A stretch of 64,000 nucleotides of DNA from an uncultured delta proteobacterium (GTDB lineage Bacteria > Desulfobacterota > Desulfobacteria > Desulfobacterales > SG8-13). The position numbers were made by a program, and so were the translations under genes. Below are positions 32,411 to 42,421 of this stretch, one piece after another (positions within the stretch are counted from its first letter, which is position 1; the number at the start of each line of letters is the position of its first letter). Where the stretch lies: contig CAWGUE010000031.1 of NCBI GenBank assembly GCA_963825595.1, forward strand, positions 2,270-66,269, in the 5' to 3' direction. The notes under the pieces were generated by a model. The model saw nothing but the letters and a program-made list of their open reading frames with translations. It ran no database searches and was not told the origin of the DNA.

Positions 32411-32746
32411 ATGACACGACCCAAGAAGCCAAGATGCGTATCCACTTATCCTCTAACGGCATCATTTGTTCCGAGGGGAATACCTGTGACAGGTGAGCTC
32501 CACCTGACGCTGGAAGAGCTCGAGGCCATCCGTCTCAGTGACGTTGAAGGTCTGGATCAGCAGGCAGCGGCAGATCTGATGGAGGTATCCCGCCAGACTT
32601 ACGGCCGGGTATTGTCCAGAGCCAGAAACATTGTCGGAAAAGCTCTGATTGCAGGGCAAAAAATTAAGATCGGCGGCGGCGTGTTCAAGTTCCGCGGAGC
32701 GCAAAGGCGCTGCCGCAGAAGGGGAAACAGAAGACCGGGTGAGTAA
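32411..32746 (+). CDS. DUF134 family HTH DNA-binding protein
   Basis: RPKKPRC, LTLEELEAIRL.D.EGL.Q..AA..M.VSRQT. Confidence 0.88.
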   Translation: MTRPKKPRCVSTYPLTASFVPRGIPVTGELHLTLEELEAIRLSDVEGLDQQAAADLMEVSRQTYGRVLSRARNIVGKALIAGQKIKIGGGVFKFRGAQRRCRRRGNRRPGE

Positions 32747-32859
32747 TACAATAAGCATGGCATGCTCCGCGTGTAAAATGCACTCGGATCCAGCTGGCCC
32801 GAATGGCCATTTTAATCACACGAAAGAAACAGGCACGTATCAGGAAGGAGGTGAAACAA

Positions 32860-33042
32860 ATGCCGCAAAAAGACAGATCCGGTCCGCAAGGTCAAGGTTC
32901 TAAAACCGGCCGCGGTCTCGGCAGATGCAATCCTCAAGGCGGATCCAACCCAACGAAAGGAAGAGGCGGATTGGGCTCCGGTCGAGGTGCCGGCAAAGGC
33001 CGGGAAAAGGGTCGCGGCAAAGGTGGCCGGAAGGGTAGCTAA
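32860..33042 (+). CDS. DUF5320-like Gly/Arg-rich small protein
   Basis: MP..D.SGP.GQG..TGRGLG.C, AAGGAGGTG RBS. Confidence 0.75.
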   Translation: MPQKDRSGPQGQGSKTGRGLGRCNPQGGSNPTKGRGGLGSGRGAGKGREKGRGKGGRKGS

Positions 33043-33144
33043 CGGCCTGTGCTCAATGTGAAACGAAAGTGCACCGGTATACACGGACACTGTAGTAACT
33101 ACGATAAACAATTATTCATTTGGAGTAATCGCTGTATGCCAATC

Positions 33145-33183
33145 TATCGACATTGGATCTAATATCGACATTGGATCTAATAT
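33145..33183. repeat. 18-bp tandem direct repeat
   Basis: TATCGACATTGGATCTAA x2 + TAT. Confidence 0.8.
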
Positions 33184-33279
33184 AGTACCCCCATCCAACA
33201 CCTCACCAGTTTCAGGTCAAATTTTTTCATTCTCGGACATCAAAAATATTGACACACTATTGTCTGACGCGTATAGAGT

Positions 33280-33299
33280 TTATGAGTATATTCTCATTA
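33280..33299. promoter_or_regulatory. third copy of the palindromic operator
   Basis: TTATGAGTATATTCTCATTA just downstream of a TTGACA..TATAGA promoter of the DsrE gene. Confidence 0.6.
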
Positions 33300-33413
33300 A
33301 ATCATGTTAGCGGCCGTATTAAGTTCAGAATCAAAGATTCAGGGTCAAAACGATGACGAAATTTGCGGCTATGTAACGGAATATTTTAATGGAAACATGC
33401 AAGGGAGGTTAAT

Positions 33414-33764
33414 ATGGCTAATTTTCTATTCGTGCTCAGCAAAGATGATAATGAAGCTGCGACAAGATGTTTTCAGTTTGCAAACATCGCCCACACAAAG
33501 GGGCATCATGTCGATTTGTTCTTCATTGACGGTGGGGTTATGTGGGCCAACAAGGAAAGGGATTTTACGATCAAAACCCCGACAGGGGATTGCCCCCAGG
33601 ATTACATCAACTACCTTGTCGAAAATGAGGTCAAGATCGGGATTTGTACACCCTGCGCAAAAAATCGCCATCTGGACGAGGCCGATTTTTTCTCAAATAT
33701 GCAGCTGGACGGCGGACCCCATCTGATTGATATGGCCGCTGAAGCGAAGGTGTTCAATTTTTGA
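33414..33764 (+). CDS. DsrE/DsrF-like family protein
   Basis: LFFIDGGV, ICTPCA..R, GGGAGG RBS. Confidence 0.85.
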   Translation: MANFLFVLSKDDNEAATRCFQFANIAHTKGHHVDLFFIDGGVMWANKERDFTIKTPTGDCPQDYINYLVENEVKIGICTPCAKNRHLDEADFFSNMQLDGGPHLIDMAAEAKVFNF

Positions 33765-33843
33765 ACAAGGTCCTGTTTACGCGTCAATTCGCAACGTGGA
33801 AGAGACGACCCTGAATGGTGCCTGATTCGATAACACAACGATT

Positions 33844-35262
33844 TTAGGTCGTGCTGTTGTCTTTTGGCTGAAGTGGAATGTCGAACTTTTTCATGAATTT
33901 CCAGATGGCAGTCCGACTCCAGCCTGTCCGGCGTGCGACTTCGGCTTTGTTCCAGTTGGTTTCCGCAAGTAGAGCGAGCAGGTCCTTTTTTGACGGTTTT
34001 TTACGCGTCACCTGTCTGTGCACAGGTGGGGACGGTAGGTCCGAACAGGCGGCAGTGTAATCGGGCTGATGGATTTCAATCGGCAGGTCGAACGGTTCGA
34101 TCTGGTCACGATTGCAGAGCACAAAGGCGTGTTCTATGGCGTTTTCGAGCTCGCGTACATTTCCAGGCCAGTGGTAATCCATGAACAACCGCAAAACCAT
34201 TCGTGACAGACCCTGAACGTGTTTGCCCGTTTTCTGGTTCATCACCTGAATGAAATGATTGACGAGCAGCGGAATATCCTCTTTGCGGTCCCGAAGCGGG
34301 GGGATGAAAATCGGAAATACCTTGAGCCGATAGTACAGGTCATCCCGGAAATTCCCTTCGCGCACCATACCGTAAAGGTCTTTGTGTGTGGCGGTGACAA
34401 CCCGAATATCGATCTTGCGTTTTTTCGATTCCCCGACACGTTCGATTTCCCGTTCCTGCACCACCCGCAACAGCTTGACCTGGATGAGCGGACTCATTTC
34501 ACCGATCTCGTCCAAGAAAATGGTGCCGCCACCCGCCTCTTCAAAACGACCGGCCCGATCTCGAACGGCGCCGGTGAAAGCACCTTTTACGTGCCCGAAC
34601 AGCTCGCTTTCCAAAAGCGTTTCTGACAATGCACTGCAGTTGACAGTGATCAACGGGCTGTCGCGCCTTTCACTGTTGTAGTGAATCGCCCCTGCCACGA
34701 GTTCCTTGCCCACGCCGCTCTCTCCCTGGACCAGAATGGTTGCGTCGCTGGCGGCGGCGGCCCGGATAGCCGCAAACACCTGGCGCATGGCATTGCTCTT
34801 GCCGATAATGTTGTCCATTCGGTGAACTTCACCCAGTCGACGGGTGGCTTCTTCAGCCTCCTGGCGAGCCCGGGTCAGTTCGGTAATGTCGGTTACGGTT
34901 TCGACCACCCCGATGATTTTATTGTTCTCGTCTGTGACCACACCGGCATTCTTGATGACCGGCACATCATGACCGTCTTTGTGGCGCACGTTGCACTCCT
35001 TGGCCTCCGATGTTCCGTGTTCAATGACACCGCATTTCTTGATGCCGGCCGGGCATTTTTTCCCAAAGCAACGGCTGCATTCTAACAGTTCGCAAGTTTG
35101 TCCCAATGCTTCCCGGGCCGTATAGCCGCTGATACGCTCCATGGATCGATTCCAGAATGAAATCCGTCCGTCGATATCCAAGGTAAACACACCATCTGCC
35201 ATGGAGTGGACAATCTGATTGGCAAATTGGATATTCCAGATTTGGTGGGTTTGTTCGTCCAT
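33844..35262 (-). CDS. sigma54-dependent activator with Cys-rich PAS domain (OrpR-like)
   Basis: PAS with CELLECSRC..KC...KKC, GESGVGKE, GAFTGA, WPGNVRELEN, Fis HTH. Confidence 0.9.
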   Translation of the reverse strand: MDEQTHQIWNIQFANQIVHSMADGVFTLDIDGRISFWNRSMERISGYTAREALGQTCELLECSRCFGKKCPAGIKKCGVIEHGTSEAKECNVRHKDGHDVPVIKNAGVVTDENNKIIGVVETVTDITELTRARQEAEEATRRLGEVHRMDNIIGKSNAMRQVFAAIRAAAASDATILVQGESGVGKELVAGAIHYNSERRDSPLITVNCSALSETLLESELFGHVKGAFTGAVRDRAGRFEEAGGGTIFLDEIGEMSPLIQVKLLRVVQEREIERVGESKKRKIDIRVVTATHKDLYGMVREGNFRDDLYYRLKVFPIFIPPLRDRKEDIPLLVNHFIQVMNQKTGKHVQGLSRMVLRLFMDYHWPGNVRELENAIEHAFVLCNRDQIEPFDLPIEIHQPDYTAACSDLPSPPVHRQVTRKKPSKKDLLALLAETNWNKAEVARRTGWSRTAIWKFMKKFDIPLQPKDNSTT

Positions 35263-35697
35263 TGATTTGAATGCTCCTGATGCTTTGTAGGACGTTACTG
35301 TAACGTTACGGACCGATTGCCTATCTCTAATTAACATTCGTCGGTTCTGTCAATAACGAAAAAAAGTGGTACGCCGGCTTAATCCATGAATGACCGAGAA
35401 CCGGGGAACTCGAAGAATCGAGTTTAACATCCCTTTCTCCGAGATACGAGCTTAACAGATCATAAACCAGTCAAGGGCCGATGTTATTCATTGGTGCGAT
35501 TTTTTCGCACCCATCTAAGAAATGGTCGGGCATGTTTGGATATTTTGCGTTACATGAACGTTACTTTCCGGTGAATTCAACAACCGTAACGCCTTGTAAC
35601 GCCAGGAATTCACCCCGAATTTCCTCAGCAACCCTTCTCTTGAATTCTAACACACTGAAATCAATATTAATTATTTCAAACCAATTCTCGTAAGTTT

Positions 35698-35713
35698 TGG
35701 CATGATTGTTGAT
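35698..35713 (+). promoter_or_regulatory. sigma54-like promoter, divergent from the PAS activator
   Basis: TGGCATG-ATTG-TTGAT; perfect 7-5-7 palindrome GGTGCGA-TTTTT-TCGCACC upstream at 35493-35511. Confidence 0.5.
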
Positions 35714-35781
35714 ATACATGAGTGTATGCAATCGATCTTTATCAGTACCCTGAATAACACTTTGACCCGAAAGAACCGACG

Positions 35782-36096
35782 ATGCTCATTGTTACACCAT
35801 CAGCAACCGAAATGATCTCAACATACTTCGAAGGTAAAGAAGTTTCACCGATTCGTATTTTTCACCAGTCCGGCGGGTGAGGTCCGCCATCATTAGCAAT
35901 GGCTCTGGATGAGCCCAAAGAAACAGACGCAGTCTATAACATCGACGGATTTGAGTATATCATCGACGATGATCTGCTGAATGCGTTTCAGCCCATTACA
36001 ATCGATTACAAAGCCGTCGGTTTTCTAATTACCGGCGGCAATAAGACGGCGGATTCCCGTTTCGGCTGTAGGACCGAGCGCCCCTGCAGCTGCTGA
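35782..36096 (+). CDS. IscA/HesB-like selenoprotein (Sec33; 104 aa)
   Basis: MLIVTPSATEMI..PIRIFHQSGG-U-GPPSLAMALDEPKETD via in-frame TGA 35878; hairpin GGCTC-TGGAT-GAGCC at 35901-35915; C-terminal C..CSC. Confidence 0.88.
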
Positions 36097-36222
36097 TTGA
36101 CGACCCCAAATTCTGCGCCTGCTGCTCGGACGATACACATAGCCTGCGTCATTAAGTGAGGGCGGATATATACACAAGGATTCTGTTCAGCTTTTTCGAT
36201 AGTAACCGCTGGGAGAAATACG

Positions 36223-36546
36223 ATGATTGAATTAGATCAGTTATCCCACAGAGATTTTAAAAACACGATCTCAAAGGGCGTGAGCATCGTTGATTTCAAC
36301 ACTCCCTGGTGCGCTCCGGGTCGCGCCCAGGAGCTCATTATCGCAGAACTGGGAAAAGCTTACCAGGGCACAGCAACCGTTGCCACGGTAAATATCGATC
36401 AAAGCCGGGAAATTGCATTGAACCTAGAAATACAAAGTATACCGACAATCATTATTTTTAAGGATGCGATAGAAGTGAAACGTTTTGTCGGCCTTCAAAC
36501 CGCAGAAACACTGAACAGGGCCTTAAAAAGCCTATTGGCGGTGTAG
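36223..36546 (+). CDS. thioredoxin family protein with atypical WCAPG site
   Basis: VDFNTPWCAPGR, VNID, IQSIPT, G.Q. Confidence 0.8.
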   Translation: MIELDQLSHRDFKNTISKGVSIVDFNTPWCAPGRAQELIIAELGKAYQGTATVATVNIDQSREIALNLEIQSIPTIIIFKDAIEVKRFVGLQTAETLNRALKSLLAV

Positions 36547-36576
36547 CTGTTAACGATTACAAGAAAGGAGGAAGGC

Positions 36577-36840
36577 ATGTATGCACTAATATACGACGAA
36601 TATGATCTTCAAAAACCCAAGAAAAAGGTTATTTCAGTTCACAGAAAAAGGCAGACAGCGGAAAAAGCTTTGGAAAAACGTCAAAGGGATCTGGGCCGGT
36701 CAATTGAAGAGTGCAACACGCGGATTGTTTGGGTGAAAGGCACAGTCAGAAAAGGCAATTATCTTACCGCGCCCGATTTTGAAACTTGGCGCCCGGGAGA
36801 AAAAATCCCCGTCGGTGAGCTTTATTCAGACACGGACTAG
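36577..36840 (+). CDS. hypothetical protein
   Basis: AAGGAGG RBS, 87-aa ORF within the operon. Confidence 0.7.
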   Translation: MYALIYDEYDLQKPKKKVISVHRKRQTAEKALEKRQRDLGRSIEECNTRIVWVKGTVRKGNYLTAPDFETWRPGEKIPVGELYSDTD

Positions 36841-36947
36841 GATTTTTGCCGTATAGCTACATTGAATTATTTTTGACAAATGCTGTCGTCTAAATTTCAG
36901 CCGAGCGATTATCTTTGTATCGTTGAGAGTTATCATTCAAAAGGGAG

Positions 36948-37175
36948 ATGAATCGGATGGGTTCGTGCGCGTGCCACCCTGAAATCGATACCAATTTCTT
37001 GTGTATGAAGCACAATATCTACCTCTGCAAGGATTGCCTTTCCTGCCGGGATCCTAAAATTTACTGTAAATACCGGTCGTCCTGTCCGATCTGGTTCATG
37101 CAAAAGCGCAAGGAGGGTTGGGATCATTTCCATACCAACTCGGCGATGTCAGATTCCCGTATTACATCGGCGTGA
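36948..37175 (+). CDS. small Cys/His-rich (zinc-finger-like) protein
   Basis: C..HP....C.KH..YLC..C..CRDP..YCK.R.SCPI; GGGAG RBS. Confidence 0.7.
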   Translation: MNRMGSCACHPEIDTNFLCMKHNIYLCKDCLSCRDPKIYCKYRSSCPIWFMQKRKEGWDHFHTNSAMSDSRITSA

Positions 37176-37299
37176 AAAACTGTGCCAACGAACCGGCAAG
37201 GATTATTTACTCTCAGCTGGGCCAAATTACAGACCCCGATAAATTTGTTAAATTGATCCTTCGCCGTTCAGAAGACATTAAACCATAGGGAGTTCACAT

Positions 37300-38283
37300 A
37301 TGCCATCACTATCGCGCAGAAAATTTCTCAAACAAGGACTGGCGGCGGCCTGCGCCGCCTGTGCGTCTCAGGTTCCTCTCCCTGCCTCAGCAAAACCGAC
37401 CGAGCCGGGAGAGCTGGCCACGTTAATCGACATCCGTAAATGTATCGGGTGCGAATCGTGCGTCGAAGCGTGCCGCGAGGTCAACGACTTCAAATACCCC
37501 GAGCCGAAGCAGCCTTTCCCCAAAATGTATCCCCGTCGCGTGAAGGTGGCGGATTGGTCCAGTGCTGAAAAACGAGAGGTGCGGGATCGTCTTACCCCTT
37601 ATAATTGGTTGTATATTCAAGAAGCTACCGTAAGCATCGATGGTGAAGAAACAACGCTCAACATTCCCCGACGCTGCATGCACTGCCAGAATCCGCCGTG
37701 CGCCGACCTCTGCCCCTGGGGGGCATCGCGAAAACTCGAGAACGGGATTACGCTGATTGATTCGGACCTCTGTCTTGGCGGGCGTAAGTGCCAGGTGGTT
37801 TGTCCCTGGGACATTCCCCAACGCCAGACCGGTGTTGGTCTTTATCTCGACCTGCTGCCCAATTTCGCCGGCAACGGTGTGATGTATAAGTGCGATCGCT
37901 GTTACAATCGTATCGAAAATGGCGAACTGCCGGCCTGCATCGACGCATGTCCCGAAAACGTCCAATCCATCGGCCCGCGGCATGAGATTATTAAAGAAGC
38001 GCATCGAATTGCAAAGGAAGAAGGCGCCTACATTTACGGAGAAACGGAAAATGGCGGCACAAACACCATCTACCTGTCACCGGTTCCTTTCGAAATGCTG
38101 AATGGAGCTGTCGCCAAGGGGAAAGGACAGCCGCATTTAGACAAGGTCAGGAACCAGATGGCGAGCGCCGATAACCTCGCCAAGGCCATGTTGATTGCAC
38201 CCTTAGCAGGTTTGGCAGCCGCCGCCGGCCGGATCTACAGCGCGACCAAAACCAAAAGCTCTGAAAAAGGAACGGTAGCATGA
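37300..38283 (+). CDS. Tat-exported 4Fe-4S dicluster protein (HybA/NrfC-like)
   Basis: SRRKFLK, CIGCESC, CMHCQNPPC, CLGGRKC, KCDRC, PACIDACP, GGTNTIYLS. Confidence 0.88.
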   Translation: MPSLSRRKFLKQGLAAACAACASQVPLPASAKPTEPGELATLIDIRKCIGCESCVEACREVNDFKYPEPKQPFPKMYPRRVKVADWSSAEKREVRDRLTPYNWLYIQEATVSIDGEETTLNIPRRCMHCQNPPCADLCPWGASRKLENGITLIDSDLCLGGRKCQVVCPWDIPQRQTGVGLYLDLLPNFAGNGVMYKCDRCYNRIENGELPACIDACPENVQSIGPRHEIIKEAHRIAKEEGAYIYGETENGGTNTIYLSPVPFEMLNGAVAKGKGQPHLDKVRNQMASADNLAKAMLIAPLAGLAAAAGRIYSATKTKSSEKGTVA

Positions 38284-38780
38284 AACCAAAATCCGTCGAA
38301 TATATCTTTGCCGAGCAGAAGTTTATCAAACCGATCTATCTTTTCCTTCTTTTCCTCATGGGGCTCACAGGCTTTGCCCAGATGCCGATATTTAAAAGAT
38401 ACTACGTTGCCGATATTCCCGGCTTGGGTTGGCTGGCTCAATTTTACGTCACCCATGCCCTCCACTACATCGGCGCGATTTTGCTTCTGATCGTCATGAT
38501 TTACAGCGCCGCTATCTATCTGGGGGTGATGCGCAAGCGGTTTGATCTGACAATTGCCGCATACGTTAACATAATCCTTCTGGGAGCTATCGTTGGTACA
38601 GGTATTTTTCGCGTTCTGAAAAATCTGCTGGATGTGGTTTTCTCGTCCGGTTTTACCATGTTTATCGATATTGCTCACCTTGGATTCATGTTGGCACTGT
38701 CGCTTTGCGGTGTTATTACCTTGATCACCAAAAGCCCATGGTTACGACAAATTCAATGTATCGAAAAGGGGCAAGCCTGA
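38280..38780 (+). CDS. membrane partner of the Fe-S protein (cytochrome-b-like TM subunit)
   Basis: four TM helices with His (HALHY, DIAH), QMPIFKRYY motif, ATGA overlap with upstream gene. Confidence 0.7.
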   Translation: MKPKSVEYIFAEQKFIKPIYLFLLFLMGLTGFAQMPIFKRYYVADIPGLGWLAQFYVTHALHYIGAILLLIVMIYSAAIYLGVMRKRFDLTIAAYVNIILLGAIVGTGIFRVLKNLLDVVFSSGFTMFIDIAHLGFMLALSLCGVITLITKSPWLRQIQCIEKGQA

Positions 38781-38906
38781 TTCCCGAACAGAAGGATGTT
38801 GAAATACTCTAACCGAAAAGTCGTTCTGTTTTTCAAGTTGAGGTTGCCGAGCACCAGGCAAACCCATGTCCCAAGGGCTCGTAAAGAAATGAGGAGCATA
38901 AACTCT

Positions 38907-39752
38907 ATGAAAATTCGTAAATTAACCTCTTTGACCGTGTCGCTGGCCTTCATCCTGATGGTGCTGACCAGCATCGTTCTCTATATTGTTCCCCAGGGCC
39001 GGGTGGCCTACTGGGCCGACTGGCGCCTGTGGGGGCTGACCAAAACCGATTGGGGAAACATCCATATCAATATGGGCTTGCTGTTTCTCATCGCCCTGTT
39101 TCTGCATATTTACTACAATTGGAAGCCCCTGATGTCCTACCTCAAAAACAAGGCCAAGCAGATGAAAGTGTTTACGCCCGAGTTCAATGTGGCCTTGGTC
39201 ATTATGGTGGTATCGATTGTGGGCACTTATTTCCTGGTGCCGCCTTTTAACTGGGTCATGGCGTTGAATGACAATTTCAAAGATGCCGGCGCAGAAAGAT
39301 ATGGTGAACCGCCATACGGACATGCCGAATTGTCTTCGCTGAAAACGTTCAGTAAGAAGATGAACCTCGATCTCGAAAAAAGCCTGACGCTGTTGACGCA
39401 AGCAGGATACCCCGTCGAGAGTGGAGAGATGACCCTGGAAAAAATAGCGCGGATGTACAACGTTCCGCCCCAGAAGATTTACGAGACCATCAAAGCGGCG
39501 CAAGTCATAGCGGAGCAACAAACAGAAGAAAAAAGCCTGTTACCGCAATCTCCACCTCCGGGATCGGGCAATCTAACACTGGCCGATTTTTGCACACAGT
39601 TCAATTTAAAAATGAAATTGGTGGTTCGGGAACTGAAAAAACTGGGAATTACAGCAACCGAAAAATCGACCCTCAAAGAGATCGCGACGGTCAATGGTAC
39701 CAGCCCGATAGACATTTACGAAAGTATTAAAGAAATTGTGAATCGGAACTGA
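38907..39752 (+). CDS. DUF4405 domain membrane protein
   Basis: TSIVLYIVP.GRVAYWADW, W.NIH, HIYYNW, PPYGHAE. Confidence 0.8.
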   Translation: MKIRKLTSLTVSLAFILMVLTSIVLYIVPQGRVAYWADWRLWGLTKTDWGNIHINMGLLFLIALFLHIYYNWKPLMSYLKNKAKQMKVFTPEFNVALVIMVVSIVGTYFLVPPFNWVMALNDNFKDAGAERYGEPPYGHAELSSLKTFSKKMNLDLEKSLTLLTQAGYPVESGEMTLEKIARMYNVPPQKIYETIKAAQVIAEQQTEEKSLLPQSPPPGSGNLTLADFCTQFNLKMKLVVRELKKLGITATEKSTLKEIATVNGTSPIDIYESIKEIVNRN

Positions 39753-40138
39753 TCTGGAATACGGCTGATAAAGCGTCCTATAGGAAACTGAGTTGCTGCA
39801 TTGTCATCACATTTTGACGGGATAACTCAAGGTGTTTCAGGCATTTTTAGCAATGCATTCTCGATGATCCGAGGCCTTCACCTGATCGGAAGTCCCTATT
39901 ACTTCATTATTTTGCCAGATATCTTGCCTTTCAGATTCAATACCTTCACGCCGTGTTTATACGTTCAGCAAAACCCATCATCATGTGAAACAATTGGGAT
40001 CTTGAAACTAGAGACGTCGACGTTGGCGTTCTTAGAGAAGTAGCATTCAGCTGACTCGCATTACTCTAATATTCGAGATTTATTACCTTCACGCCGGTTT
40101 TTATCGATCCGGAAAAAGATTGGCAGAAGTTTTCAGGC

Positions 40139-41362
40139 TTAAAATTCACACGTCGCCCGCACCCCGGCAATCCAACCGTCCACGTTGTTTCCACTGGCAG
40201 CGGCCACATACCGGTCCTTCATGTACTGCAAATCGAAAGTCAGAGACAGGTATTCGTACAGACCGAAGTTGACGTAAGCTTCGGCCACGTGGGTATTCTT
40301 GAGGCTCTCCTCGGTCTGTTCGGCGCCGTCGAGATAGCCGTAACCGATACCGATGTTGTCCTGTTCGCGGTCCCACAAATTACCGCTGATGTTGATGCCG
40401 CCCGAGTAGACGCTCTTGTAGTTGATCAATGCTTTTGGTTCCTGGAAGCCAAATCGGATCCAGGTGCCGAAAACGTCGCCCAAAGCCTGATCAAAGGAAA
40501 ATATCAAACAGCCGCACCGCTCCTTTAATGACCCCTCCGGATCGAGAAACGCCTCACTAGACCAATTGTAACTCACCCGATAGTGGCCTTGCCCCAGCGA
40601 GGTGTCCAGGGTGTAATTAAATTGAACGCCGTAAAAATTGAAATTGTTGCCGTCGTCGTTTTCCCCAATGTTCATATAGACACCTCTGAGTCCAAAATGG
40701 CGGTAGTCCCACTCGACGGCACCGCCAATATCATCGGACGGTAGAAAGGCGTTGGGCGCATTGACAAGGGCCTCATTCATGAATTGTGTATACTCATCGT
40801 TGGAATATTCGTTGTCGTCCAGGTAGTCGGTAGCATCGATGATTCCACCGGTCAGTCCGAGTGTGTGTTCTTGGCCCAAAGTGAATTCGTGTTTGTACCA
40901 GACCTGAAGCAGGTAATCACGGTTGCGACCGTTGATGTCTTTAACATCATCTTCCAAAGCCGCTGCCCAAGGCGCCAGGCTAAATGCGGTCACACCGGTC
41001 AGGCCGTTGCCGGCCGCGAAGCCGAACTTGATGAAAATCTCGTCGTTTTCGGTGGGTGTGATGCTGATTTCCGGCTTAAAAGACAGCGCTCCACGGCCAT
41101 TGTCATCGATGCCTGAAGGACCGTCAACCCATTCGTACTGATAGGCGCCGGATATGACGCCCCCGAGGGACACGTACTTGGCGATAGCCGACAATCCGTT
41201 GGGCTCGTGAGATTCCGCATCTTCGGTTGCCTGTTTCTTCTCCAGTTCTTCGATCCGCTGCCTGAGGTCTTCAATCTCTTCTTTTCGCGCGTCATCTTCC
41301 GCCCAGGCATTCAATGTCAGAACCATGCCGAATATCACCGCCATCGCAAGGTACTTTTTCAT
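40139..41362 (-). CDS. OprB-like (carbohydrate-selective) outer-membrane porin
   Basis: signal peptide + coiled coil, DATDYLDDN...DE..QFMN, E.Y.N, FDLQY, C-terminal Phe. Confidence 0.75.
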   Translation of the reverse strand: MKKYLAMAVIFGMVLTLNAWAEDDARKEEIEDLRQRIEELEKKQATEDAESHEPNGLSAIAKYVSLGGVISGAYQYEWVDGPSGIDDNGRGALSFKPEISITPTENDEIFIKFGFAAGNGLTGVTAFSLAPWAAALEDDVKDINGRNRDYLLQVWYKHEFTLGQEHTLGLTGGIIDATDYLDDNEYSNDEYTQFMNEALVNAPNAFLPSDDIGGAVEWDYRHFGLRGVYMNIGENDDGNNFNFYGVQFNYTLDTSLGQGHYRVSYNWSSEAFLDPEGSLKERCGCLIFSFDQALGDVFGTWIRFGFQEPKALINYKSVYSGGINISGNLWDREQDNIGIGYGYLDGAEQTEESLKNTHVAEAYVNFGLYEYLSLTFDLQYMKDRYVAAASGNNVDGWIAGVRATCEF

Positions 41363-41485
41363 CTCGTTGCAATCCTCCTGACATCAACAACGGTTGTCGA
41401 AACTTAAATACCAGCAATCAGACCGAGCTTTTGTTCCGCAAAAAGCCTCGCAATACGCCTCATACACCAGAATAGAAGTGAACCG

Positions 41486-42367
41486 TCAAAAGTGGCTCAG
41501 TGGGCCGCCGGCGTGGTCGACCCAGATATCGACGAAAGGATCGTATTCCGCGGTTCCTTTGAGAATGGGAATGCATTCGATCCCGGCCTTTGTTAGGACC
41601 GACTTCCATGAATCGTCTTCGTCACCGGCCATGTCGTTCTTGGCGTGGTCACCAGCGACGGACATAAACGGCATCAGGTAAGCTTTTTTGATTTTCCTTT
41701 TAAGCAGCAGATCCTTGATCAAATCGACTTCGGGGTAGCCTTCCACCGTGCCGACGAAAACGTTCGGGTCCTGCAGTTGCAGCTGAAACATGAGGGCGGC
41801 ATAAAACGCATTAGACGGGTGATGCGTGCCGTGGCCCATCAGAACCACAGCGTCGATTTTTTTACGGTCTTCGGGAATAATTTTCAAGATCGCGTCCACG
41901 GTCCGCTGCATATCCTGCTGGGTCGCCATCAGGGGGTAGCCCAGGATGATGCTTTGAAAACCGCCCATCATTTTATATGCCCCGACAGTGCGGCGTAGAT
42001 CATGGTATTCCTGCCCGGCAATCGTGTGCAGTGACTGCACGGCCACGTGAGTAAATTTTTCATCCTGCATTTTGGCCAAGGCGACTTCAGGCGAATCCAA
42101 ATACTTTCCTTGCTTGGCCAGTTTTTCGCGTATGATGTGAGAAGTATACGCCCAGCGTACCGGGATGTCGGGATATTTACTTTTAACCTTCCGATCGATA
42201 TTTTCGAAGGAAACTTGAGCGGAAGCTTCACTTGACCCAAAAGCAACGAGGAGAATACCGACCTTCTTGGGATTTTGATGACCATGCCCGCCGGAAGTGA
42301 AACTATTAACGGCAAAAAGAACGATAGCAGCAAAAACTATGACCCCGATCCATCGTTTGCTCTTCAC
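41486..42367 (-). CDS. cbiK: sirohydrochlorin cobaltochelatase CbiK (exported CbiK-P type)
   Basis: LLVAFGSS, AYTS.II, QSLH..AG.EY, MGHGT, GTVEGYP, PFMSVAGDHAKNDMAG; N-terminal signal peptide. Confidence 0.92.
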   Translation of the reverse strand: MKSKRWIGVIVFAAIVLFAVNSFTSGGHGHQNPKKVGILLVAFGSSEASAQVSFENIDRKVKSKYPDIPVRWAYTSHIIREKLAKQGKYLDSPEVALAKMQDEKFTHVAVQSLHTIAGQEYHDLRRTVGAYKMMGGFQSIILGYPLMATQQDMQRTVDAILKIIPEDRKKIDAVVLMGHGTHHPSNAFYAALMFQLQLQDPNVFVGTVEGYPEVDLIKDLLLKRKIKKAYLMPFMSVAGDHAKNDMAGDEDDSWKSVLTKAGIECIPILKGTAEYDPFVDIWVDHAGGPLSHF

Positions 42368-42421
42368 TTTTTTCCTCCTTTATTTAATGCTTTATACTCA
42401 ACGGTATAATGAAAAATTTTT

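Noticed and set aside
33145-33183. 18-bp direct repeat as CRISPR or iteron
   Set aside because: Only two abutting copies, no spacers, no cas or rep genes.
36094-36096. Terminal TGA after CSC (and after CCQ at 1285) as additional Sec
   Set aside because: Both fall at a plausible C-terminus; the HesB frame hits another TGA within a few codons and neither has a recognisable continuation.
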